A stretch of DNA of 64,000 bases, taken from NCBI GenBank assembly GCA_964016885.1, contig OZ024755.1, forward strand, positions 25,792,001 to 25,856,000. Reading direction: 5' to 3'. The stretch's first letter is position 1. Each line of letters opens with the position of its first letter. This DNA is from Eledone cirrhosa. Taxonomy: Eukaryota. A model generated the notes under the pieces. The model did not search any database and was not told the origin of the DNA. It was given only the letters and a program-made list of their open reading frames with translations. Shown piece after piece: positions 25,335 through 37,019 of this stretch. A program made the position numbers and the translations under genes.

Positions 25335-25374
25335 TCACTGATGATGTCACACTTGTATGATGAAAGAACTCTGA
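25335..25374 (+). ncRNA. Minimal hammerhead-like motif
   Basis: tca-CTGATGA-tgtca cacttgta tgat-GAAA-gaac-TC-tga. Confidence 0.55.
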
Positions 25375-25763
25375 GAAACTATATTTATATTTATATTTTT
25401 TAACTGTTGGTTAATCAATGATAAACATTGGTTGCCAGCTGAATTATTTATAGAAATATAAAAATATACTGAAACGAAAACCCAACCAAACAGTGAGTGT
25501 GTTCTACCATATTTTTCTGGCAATATTATAACAACATGCGGTGAATTGGCAGTATCGGTAGAGAGTCGGACACCATGTTTTACAGCATAGTTATGTCCCT
25601 TTACGGTCTGAGTTCAAATCCCGCCAAGGTTAACTTTGCCTTTCATCCTTACAGGGTCGATAAAATAAAGTACCAGTAATGTACTGGGTAATTTGCTGGC
25701 CTTGTGCCAAAAGTAAAAACAATATTATAACAACATGACGCTCCCCAAATTTAACAATATATA

Positions 25764-25805
<42 letters not shown>

Positions 25806-26461
25806 CGCTCAATATACACACACAGTAGTCGTCTGTAGTTTCTGTCTTCTAAACTCCACTCATAAAGCTTTGGTCAACCTAAGGCTATAATAAATTACAC
25901 CACACAGTGGGACTGAACTTGAGATCATGTGGTTACAAAGCAAACTCCTTCACCACACAGCCATGTTTTATCATCATCTTAATGTCCCTTTACGGTCTAA
26001 GTTCAAATCCCACCGAGGCTAGCTTTACCTTTCATCCTTACAGGGTTGATAAAATAAAGCACCAGTAATGCACTGGGATCAATTTAATCAACTTTCTCCT
26101 CTCCTAAACTTGTTGGTCTTGTGCCTAAATAAGAAACCATTACTATTGTTATTGTTTTTGTAGTAATTGTGATTATTTTTCGGTTTTTGTCAAGGACAAC
26201 TTTGTTTTTTGTCTTTTGAGTGATCAATAAATTAAGTACTTCAACCAATATAATTGATTATAACTCTACTACACCCACCCACCACCTCAAAAATTAGTGA
26301 TCTTTTGTTAGAAAAAAAAAAGAAACAAACACATGTCCATATATACATACATAAATCCATATTATATATAATATATATATATATATATATTGTTGCAGTG
26401 CACCTGAGCACTTTACACAATAATTTCATTATTATTATTATATATATATATATGTATACAG

Positions 26462-26523
<62 letters not shown>

Positions 26524-26769
26524 ATGTAGATGTTATTTGTTGCATTTTTTGCACCTGTTCAACAATGTTTGCATGTGTTGTTTCAATATGTAGTTGTATA
26601 TCTTGATACATCTATAGAAATATATATAAACATGTACACACATGATCTGATATAGACATTGTTGTATATACAATATGTAAGTGTGTAGAAAAGAAATCCA
26701 AGAATACTAAATATATAAGATTGCTAGTTATATCACTAAATGAAAGACATTGCCTGTCATTAATCCTTC

Positions 26770-27250
26770 TTTTTCTTCTTCTTCTTCTTCTTCACCCACT
26801 TATTCCTGAGAGGATCGTGGGGGCAGAGTCCTCAAACACACCTTCCAGCAGGCCCTGTCAGAAGCAACTGTCTCCAACTGATCTGGCTGGATCCCCAAGT
26901 GAGACAAGCCAAGCTCATGGATGTTAACCAACCATCTTGCTCGGGTCTTCTGCCGGTTGATTTTGCTCATAAAATCTGTCCAGCTATTCTTTCCTGAAAC
27001 ATTCTAACCACATGTCCATAGTATTGGAGCTATGATCTCTCAATTTGGAGAAGTAACAGATCTACCTGGATTGACTCTCTGATCTCTAAGCTATACACTC
27101 TATCAAGTAACATTACTCTAAAGACCCTTTGGTGGAACCCCATTTTGGCTGATTATATTCGTGATCATATTCTTTCAGTTATTATCCAAGATTCATGACC
27201 ATACATAAGGGTTGGCATGAATACCAAATTGAAGATAGCAAGTTTGGCTT
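26770..27250 (-). mobile_element. RTE-like LINE 3' fragment with (AAG)n tail
   Basis: The same 3' end occurs at 15730-15865(+) and 39715-39885(-). Confidence 0.6.
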
Positions 27251-27304
27251 TTACCATATTTCTAAAGAAAGATACAGTCTATGTCTTTAACCCTTTCATT
27301 ACTA

Positions 27305-27804
27305 TCTAAACTATAATAAAGTAAGGAGTGTGGGACTGCGACCAGAATATATTTTTTTATCCCGTTTGTAAAATAAGTTGGATTACTTTGAATAAATAAT
27401 TGTTTCTACGTAAGGCACAAAGCCAGCAATTAACCAGTGCATTACTGGTACTTCGAATAAATAATGAATGAATTTTTACATAATTTATCTACTAAATTTT
27501 GTTATTCTTGATTAAATATAAATAATTTTGTGGCTTATTTTAATATTCACTTCTTTAAAATTTTCAAATGTCAACACTTCCGGTTAGCAATCACATAAAT
27601 AAAAATTCATATATTTTCTCCTATATATAATATCGTCTTTTTTTAATGTATCATGGATTATGTTACTGATTACATAAGACAGTGTAACGCAGTCTTCGAT
27701 CAATTTCTGTGTATATTGTCAATTACGATTTTATTTGATGATGTATCATATCTACATGCATATATACTGGCGTATAATATCAATATGCACAGTACACATA
27801 CTAG
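27305..27804 (+). mobile_element. Putative non-autonomous Helitron
   Basis: Starts A|TCTAAACTATAATAAAG and ends with a weak hairpin plus CTAG. 27545-27587 matches the reverse complement of 55100-55142 inside the larger Helitron. Confidence 0.5.
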
Positions 27805-28829
27805 CAGAAAAACCACCCTTCTTCTAATTACCATATTTCTAAAGAAAGATACAGTCTATGTCTTTAACCCTGTCATTACTTCGGGTGGTTTTTCTGCTAA
27901 TATTTCTAATGAAAGACACTGTCTATGTCTTTAACCCTTTCATTACTATATTTCTAATGAAGGACACTGTCTAGTTCTTTGAACATTTTGTTCCCATATT
28001 TCTAATGAAAGACACAGCTTATGTCATTAACCTTTTCATTACCATATTTCTAATGAAAGACACTGTCTATAGTTTTCAATTAATTTTGAATATAATAAAG
28101 AATTTGGAAGGAGTTAATAACATAAATAACTTCCTTGTTATTCATCTAGAGTTTAGTGTGGGGGATTAGCAGTATTAGGCAACATGCATATAGAGTGTCA
28201 TTAGAGTGTCATTAGAGTGTCAGGCAACATACAAATAGTTACAGCTCTCTACGCTCTTAGTTCAAATCCTGCAGATGTTAGCTTTGCCCTTCATCCTTAC
28301 AGGGTTGATAAAATACAGCTCCAGTAATGCATTGGGGGCAATTTAATTGCCTCCCCCCACCTCCTCTTCCCCTTCAAATTGCTGGCCTTGTGCCAAATGT
28401 AGAAATAATTATCTACCTAGTGTTCGGAACATAACTTAAAAAGTTTTTACATAAAGTTTTACATTAAAATATGAACACCCTAAAACAAAGAGTACTTTTT
28501 TTAAATTTTAAAATCAGGCCGTTTGGTGTGAAAAGGATTAATGTAGGGATCTTGGTAGTGAGGACAAAATAGCCTGTAGGGAGACAACCCTGAAATTGAA
28601 ATTGATTAAATTCAATTAGAAATAGAATGTGGACCTGCAGAGTGGAGTGTGACAGTTTAAAAAAAAAAAAACATAATGACAACTCCAGAGATGTTCCCTT
28701 TTATTAGACCTTTTCAGTGATGTCTAGTCTTATAGGTACATGGCTGAGAGATATATAAAGTGTTAGTAAACAAACATTGATATTTCAACATTGTTTCCCC
28801 TGCCTTCCTTGACCAAAATTAATCAAGCT

Positions 28830-28889
<60 letters not shown>

Positions 28890-29270
28890 TAGTGTAATTT
28901 TAATTGAAAACAGATGTCTTGACTCATTAGATTAAGCATGTTAATACCATCTTTACTTATTTCTCAAGACGAAGGCACACCTACACACCTCCCCCCCATT
29001 TCTTCTTGTTCATAAGCTAAGCATATTGGTAAACAAGCAGACATACAAACTGATTGATAGATAGATAGATCGATTGTTATATATAGACATACCCTCACAA
29101 AAATATATGCATGTATGAACATGTATAAATAGGCAAATGTGTATGATGGGATTGTATATATGAATGTGTATTGTTGCATACATATATATACACGTGTGTG
29201 TGTTGTGAGTATAAATTTATTTGTGCATGTATGCATATATATATATATATGTGTGTGGAGTGTATGCGTT

Positions 29271-29313
<43 letters not shown>

Positions 29314-29318
29314 ATATA

Positions 29319-29712
29319 CGAGGGTAATCCCAAAAGTAAGGTCTCCAAAGCGATGGGGCCTCAGAGAAATTGTTCGTACGGCTGTTGGCAACACTGTTGT
29401 GATTGGTGCTCCCTTCACTCCCAAACAAGCATGCGCACGCTTCGCTGGGATGCTCAATCTTGGCTTGGCAGCCGTTGAGAATGGAGCTCCCGTTGAACGC
29501 TACCGCCAAGTGCGAATTTCGCGCAGTTATTATATACGAGGGCAATCCCAAAAGTAAGGTCTCCTTCCGAGGAAAACATGTGTAAAGATCGGCGGATCAC
29601 TCTGGATGCTCTCTGCATTTTGGTTCCTGAGGTTTCCCGAAGCACCATCCACAGGATTTTAATGGAAAAGTTGCAATATCGGAAGGAGACCTTACTTTTG
29701 GGATTGCCCTCG
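29319..29712 (+). mobile_element. mariner-family deleted element with three TIRs
   Basis: TA-flanked 28-bp TIRs cgaggg(t/c)aatcccaaaagtaaggtctcc at 29319 and 29537, inverted copy ending at 29712. Transposase remnants MELPLNATAKCEFRAVI and RRITLDAL..VSRSTIHRILMEKLQYRK. Confidence 0.85.
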
Positions 29713-30393
29713 TATATATAAATATATATATATATATATATAAACGCCCCTGATTCTAAGACTCACAAGACAGCAGCAACCTTCTGTCTGAACGAACAAT
29801 TTGCCATAGGTCTCTCCACACCACCTGTCCAACTAATTCATGAGTGTTGGAGATCCTCCTGAAATGTTTAGTGCCAGGTATTCTTGTGGGAGGAGCAATA
29901 AACTGTAATTATGTCCTGGCGGACGGGAGGGGTGAGTCAGTAAACTGTAGATATGTCGTGGCGGCAAGGGCAGGAGAGGGGGAGGGGGGGTAGTTAGCAG
30001 TGATTATGTCCTGGAGGAGGGGAGGGCAGTAAGCTGTGGTTATGTCCTGGTGAGAGGGGAGGGGAGTGGCAGTAAGCTGTAGTTATGTCCCCAAAACAGT
30101 GTGCTCCAGCATGGTCTTTGTCATGATAGCTAAATTAAACCAAGACTTACATTCAAGTACCCTCCTCTACCGTACTCTTTTACAACCTAGGTCTCCTTTT
30201 ATTTAAATTAGTTTTCCCACAGACATAGCCCCACCCCTCTACAGTAACTCCCCCACCCTTCTACAATAACTCTACCACCACCCTACAATTACACATCCCC
30301 ACCCAACCCCCCACAGACTGTTATACAGTAATGATAATAATCAAAACATAGAAATGTTTATAATTACAGAAGAATGTATGACCAATAATGTGT

Positions 30394-31395
30394 GTACTGT
30401 CGGGTCCTAAATAATTGGGGTGGGGGTGGGCTGGAATAAGCAGGGGGTTGGAATAAGTGAGGTGAGTGGGAATAAGTGGAGGGTGGAATAAGTAGGGGAA
30501 GTTGGAATAAGCAGGGGGGGGGGGAATAAACAGGGGTTTGGAATAATAAGTGGGGGTGGAATAAGCAGGGGGGGATAAGTGGAGGTGGAATAATAAGCAG
30601 GGAGTTGGGATAATAAGCAATGGGTTGGAATAAGTGGGGGTTGGAATAAGCAGGATGTTTGGAATAATAAGCGGGGAGTTGAAATAAGCAGGGGGTTGGA
30701 TATGTAGGGGGGTTGACTAAGTGGAATAAGCAGGAGGGTGGGGTTGAATAAGTGGGGAATTGAAATAAGCGAAGGAGGGCAGTTGGAAAATCAATAATTA
30801 TTCAAGTTTGTCTCCATTGATTTTTTTTTTAAATCAGAATTAATCGTTTAGTTTACATATTATCTATTATATAATGTCTGAGATTTCTTGTAATCTTCTT
30901 TTTTTGTCATGGCTTACTTGTTAGAGCATTGGGCTTGCAATCGTAAGGTTGTGAGTTCGATTCTTGGACCGGGTGATGTGTTGTTTCTTTGAGCAAGACA
31001 CTTTGTTTCACATTGCTCCAGTTGACTCAGCTGTAGAAATGGGTTGCAATGTCACTGGTGCCAAGCTGTATCGGCCATTGCCTTTCCCTTGGACATCTTC
31101 AGTGGCGTGGAGAGGGTGACTGCTGGTCTACCATAAACCCCTTTGCCCAGACTTGTGCCTTGGAGGGAAACTTTCTAGGCACAAATCCCATGGTCATTCA
31201 TGACCAAAAGGGGTCTTTACCTTTTTTATAATGTCTTTTAACATCTAAAGAAAATTAATTGTCACAGGAATGCTTCCGCTTAAAATAAAATTTTGCCAGA
31301 GATAGATTAGCATAATCTAATAAGTGGGGGCAGGTGGAAAAACTCTGAAAATTTAATAAGAATTGGGTGGACAATTATTCAAAACCCGAGAGTAT
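30394..31395. mobile_element. Putative TIR element with internal G-rich ~18-bp repeats and a nested SINE
   Basis: Imperfect TIRs tactgtcgggtcctaaataattg / caattattcaaaacccgagagta. Internal (ggaataagcagggggtt)n at 30430-30770. Confidence 0.5.
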
Positions 31396-31700
31396 ATGAT
31401 GCTTATAACAAAGTAATGGACATTTTTAACTTACTATACATAATCCTACCCAGATCCTCCACCCAGCCTATATAACAACACCTGCGGAAACTACACCTCC
31501 ACAACCACCATCATCATCATTACCACCACCATAACTATCTTCAGAGGAACCACAACTGCCATTATCATTACCATCATCACCACCAGAACCACCACCATCA
31601 TAACCAACATCAAAACCACCATTATCATCACCACTACCACCACCACCACTATCATCACCAGCACCACTGTGTTAAGAATTGTTATGTCACTTCTGTGTGG

Positions 31701-31737
<37 letters not shown>

Positions 31738-31747
31738 CACACTACTA

Positions 31748-31796
<49 letters not shown>

Positions 31797-33017
31797 GACT
31801 ACTACTACTAGCACTACTACTACTACTACTACAACTACTACTACCACCACGTCTACTACTACCACCACCACCACAACAACCACCACAACCACCACTACCA
31901 CAACTACTACTACTATTACTACTACAAATATTGATGTTGTTCCTGTGTTATCAGTTCTACTGCTAAAAACAACAGCCAAATCCCCCTCATATCACATTCT
32001 ACCATATTACATGAAAGAATTATAAATTACATAACGTAGTCCCAGGATGTATGTATATAAGTATGTATGTATATATGTATGTATATATGTATGTATGTGT
32101 GTATATATATGTATGTATCTATGTGTATATGTATATATGTATGAATGTTTGTATGTGTATGTGTATGTATGTATGTATGTATATATGTGTGTATGTATGT
32201 ATGTAGTTATGTATGTATATATATATCTATATATGTATGTATAATATGTATGTATAATATGTGTGTATATATGTGTATATATATATATGTTTATATGTAT
32301 GCATGGCATTGCTGGCCATAAGCAAGTCCCTAGTAGGACTAAAAAGCCATGTCCGATATGCTTATGCTTAAGTATTAAATGATAACATTATTCGAGATCG
32401 AGTTGCACACATCATGTTTGTATATATGTATGTATATATAATTGCACGATAGAATTAATTAATTGTTTCTACATTTGGCACAAGGCCAGCAATTACCCAG
32501 TACGTTACTGGTACTTTATTTTATCGACCCCGTAAGGATGAAAGGCAAAGTTAACCTCGGCAGGATTTGAACTCAGATCGTAAGGCGACGTAACTATGCT
32601 GGAAAGCATGTCCGACCCTCTACCGATACTGCCAATTCACCTTAATAATTATTAATAATGGTATATCATGCAATGGCCATACTCGATAACGAGGGGGCAG
32701 CCATCATCATCATCATCATGTATATATATATATGTGTATATATATATGTACACATGCATTGCTTTATATCTGGAGATCTCTCTGCACTTGTCATCACATG
32801 GTACCATGGGCCCAGCACTATGTGTCAGTAATTGTCACAAGTGTAGTGTTTGTACCAGAGTTTTCAAGTCGCTGGCTAGACTGAAAAGTCACACTGGTTC
32901 AGCGCATCGGTAGGGGTTCTCCTACATGGATATAAAGTAGTGGCCGTACTCGAAAACGAGTTGGCAGCCACCATGTATGTACATATGTATGTATGAATGT
33001 ATGTATGTATGTATGTT

Positions 33018-33800
33018 ATCAGGCCATTGGAAAGTTTTCATCAGCATTGTATATGATGCATCCTGAACATCAAGTGGTCCTCTTACAAACCTGATGCTGT
33101 GGTACTTGTTTAAGCGGGTAACACCAGTTTTGAGAGGAAGATTATTATGTTTCAGATGCATTGGGCTGGTCATGTGGTCAGAACGGAAGATGGAAGGCTG
33201 CCTAAACAATTATTTTATGGGGAGCTGACCAGAGGAAAACGGCCACAGCATAAACTAAAGAAGTGGTTTAAGGATGTCATAAAAGAAAATTTTAAAGCTA
33301 TGAAGACTGATATGGAGGACAAGGAGAAAGATCATCAAATATGGATGTGATGTCTTTGAGAAAAAGCGAGTGGAGAATATTGTTTTGAAGCATTCACTTC
33401 GTAAGAGGGACTCAAGTGCAGTGCTTGCTAAAATCCAGTAGGAATTGAGTACAATTGATGTGGCCGATTTCTTCTAACAAGAGCTGGTTTGGTTAACCAT
33501 CTGAAATCACATGAGCTGGGGAGAAATCGAGCCAATTGTGGGGTGGTTCTACTTCCACACACTCCATGGTACATTTGCAGTGAGTGTGGCATAATTTGCA
33601 AGTCAGCAGGCGGACTGACTGGACATGGTGAAATGCATGAAAACACACCCCAGCCGGTTTTACCAGGAGACAGACAGTTGAAGGGTCACATCTGTGAATG
33701 TACCTCCAAAACAAAAGCGGGTCTGAAAAGTCACCTGCGTACACATGCTCGTGCAATGTTCAATGAAAGGATGGCACCCTTCTGACAAGAAGTAGCAATC
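33018..33800 (+). mobile_element. RTE (BovB-like) LINE 3' fragment with C-terminal C2H2 fingers
   Basis: WAGHVVRTEDGRLPKQLFYGEL..GKRP, then CSECGIICKSAGGLTGHGEMH and CECTSKTKAGLKSHLRTH. Related tails at 32755-32972 and 34665-34882. Another RTE fragment at 60640-60885(-). Confidence 0.8.
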
Positions 33801-35236
33801 AACATGTATGTATGCATATATGTGTGAATGAATGTATGAATATATATATGTATGTATATGTGTATGTATATAGGTATGTATGTGTATATAGGTATGTATG
33901 TACATGTATATATGTATGTGTGTATCATCATCAGCATGGGTGTATGAATGTATGTATATATATATATGTGTGTGCGTATATATGTGTGTGTGTATATGTA
34001 TATGTGTGTGTGTATATATGTATGTATATATATGTCTGTTTATATATATGTATGTATGTATGTTTATATGTATATATGTATGTGTGTATATATGTGAGTA
34101 TATATGTATGCATGCATGAATACATGTGTGTGTATATACATGTGTGTGTATATGTGTATGTCCCTGCAGGACAAAAAGCAAAACCTGACAAAGGGCGGAA
34201 GAACTCCTAAGGGTCAACGGCCTTCCAAAAGTGTGTAAATATATATATATATACACATGTACATATGTATGTATATGTATATGTCTATATACATGGATGC
34301 ATGTGTAAGTATATGCGCGTGGACATAGAAAAAGTCGGGCTGGACACCCCATCGCGCGGTTAAACCACTGGGAGTGAAGGACCCCTAGCCTTTGTCAGGG
34401 CATTCTTCTAGGAGAAGGTGACTCAGGAAACTGGGATAACTCCGATATAAAACCTGCGGCTCAGTAGTTACCCATGCTGTTGATCTTTTCTTCTTTTTGG
34501 CTTATAGCTACTGTTGCTTAGAGAGTGGGTTTGGCTCAATGTATATGTATATATGTGTTTGTATATATATGTGTATGTATGAATGTATGTATGTATGAAT
34601 GTATGAATGTATGAATGCATGTATGTGCAGTGCCTTTGCTCACTATAAAAGCTTCACGGCACAGGCATTGCTTTATATCTGGAGATCTCTCTGCACTTGT
34701 CATCACATGGTACCATGGGCCCAGCACTATGTGTCAATAATTGTCACAAGTGTAGTGTTTGTACCAGAGTTTGCAAGTCGCTGGCTGGACTAAAAAGTCA
34801 CACTTGTTCAGCGCATCGGTAGGGGTTCTCCTACATGGATATAAAGTAGTGGCCGTACTCGAAAACGAGTTGGCAGCCACCATGTATGTATGGATGGATG
34901 CATGTATTTATATATGTATGTGTATATGGGTAAGTATGCATGTATGTACGTTTGTATGTATATATGTATGTATACATGTATCTATGTATGTCTGCATATG
35001 TATATATGTATGTATGTATGTGTATATATGTATGTATGTATGTGTATATATGTATGTATATATGCATGTATATATGTATATGTGTGTGTATGTATATATG
35101 TGTGCATGTATATATGTATATATGTGTGTGTATATATGTATATATGTGTGTATATGTATGCATATATGTATGTATGCATGTGTATGTATGTATTCATGTA
35201 TGTATGTTTATGTATGGATGTATGTATATATGTATG

Positions 35237-35268
<32 letters not shown>

Positions 35269-35350
35269 CATATATATGTGTGTATATGTGTATATATATG
35301 CAAGTGTGTGTTTGTGTATATACATATGTATGTATTTATGTGTGTGTATA

Positions 35351-35399
<49 letters not shown>

Positions 35400-35709
35400 A
35401 CTGTGACGAATGGAGAGATGCTGTGCTGAATAGGACCTGGCCCACCCTTGCAAGCAGGGAAAAGCAGCCGTAAAATGATGATGATGATGATGATGATGAT
35501 GATATATATGTGTGTGTGTGTGTGTATGTAAATACATGTGTGTACACTTATGTGTATGGTCACAGCTGAAGTGTTTTTTTAATCATAATTCCCAGGGGCT
35601 CAACCACAACCACCACCAACACAACCACCTCCACCATTACCACCACCACCACAACAACAGCAACATCAAAACAACAACAATAACAACAGCAACAAATAGA
35701 TTTACTTAC

Positions 35710-36010
35710 CTGACACTTGGCTGCAGATCCGAATGAGGCCCGAATTTTGTGAGAACAAATATGCAGGGGTTTTAGTCCTGTTGTTTTTGTCTGGTTTAAA
35801 GTCAACCCGATATATCTTAGCACTTTCATTTGGATTAACAAGGACGACATTGAAGTTAGAGGTGTGGTTATTGTTGTGAGAAATGAGGGCATGTTCATCA
35901 TAGCTGTAGTATTCCCAGAAGTTTGTACCTAAAGGTATCATCATAAAGAGAGAAGCTACGACGCCTAATAGCACAGAAGTGATTGACACTAGAAATAAAG
36001 GATTGGCCAT
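35710..36010 (-). CDS. Exon 1 (coding) of a PMP22/EMP/claudin-superfamily four-TM protein
   Basis: ATG at 36010. Encodes MANPLFLVSITSVLLGVVASLFMMIPLGTNFWE (TM1 plus conserved W) and SGLIRIC (GLW-x-x-C-like motif). Ends at donor G|GTAAGT (GT at 35709-35708), phase 1, 301 nt. Confidence 0.85.
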
Positions 36011-37019
36011 AACTACTGCTAGTCGTAGCCATCACACTCTATTACTACTACTACTATTACAACCGCTACTACTACAACCACTACCACTACTAGTACTACG
36101 ATTACCACCACTACTGCTACTAGTACTATTACTATAACTGTTGGCTCTATGTAATACACTGACAAATCATCAACAATCTACAGCTGTATTAAGTTGTTAT
36201 TATATACTGTTGTGTTCAACTGACTGAATGACTGACTGACTAGTTTGATGGTTGGATGGTCGGATGGTTGGATGGCTGACTAGTTTGATGGTTGGATGGT
36301 GGGCTGATTGGATGGCTAGTTTGTGTGTTTGATGGTTGGATGGTTGGATGGTAGGCTGACTGAATAGTTTGTTTGTTGGATGGTGGCTGGCTGGCTAGTT
36401 TGTTTGTTGGATGTTTGGATGGTGGGATGGTGGGTTGTCTGACTGACTAGCTAGCTAGTTTGTTTGATGGTTGGATGGTGGGTTGTCTGACTGACTAGCT
36501 GGCTAGTTTGTTTGATGGTTGGCTGGTGGGTTGTCTGACTGACTAGCTGGCTAGTTTGTTTGATGGTTGGATGGTGGGTTGTCTGACTGACTAGCTGGCT
36601 AGTTTGTTTGATGGTTTGATGGTGGGTTGTCTGACTGACTAGCTGGCTAGTTTGTTTGATGGTTTGATGGTGGGTTGTCTGACTGATTAGCTGGCTAGTT
36701 TGTTTGATGGTTGGATGGTTGGATGGCTAGTTTGTTTATTGAATGGTTTGATGGTGGGCTGGCTGATTAGTTGGATGGTTGGATGGTGAGCTGGCTGGAT
36801 AATTTGTTTGCTGGATGGTTGGATGGTGAGCTGGCTGGATAACTGACTAGTTTGTTTGTTGGATGGTTGGATGGTTTGCTGGCTGGCTAACTAGTTTGCT
36901 TGTTGGATGGTTAGATGGTGGGATGGTGGGCTGGTGGGCTGGCTGGTTAGTTTGTTGGATGGTTGGATGGTTGAATGAAGGATTGTGCTTTTTTTCATTT
37001 TATTGTTTGAAAGATAAAG

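Noticed and set aside
34316-34440. HDV-like ribozyme in a putative RTE 5' region
   Set aside because: I could not fit the nested double pseudoknot by eye. A descriptor-based search would be needed.
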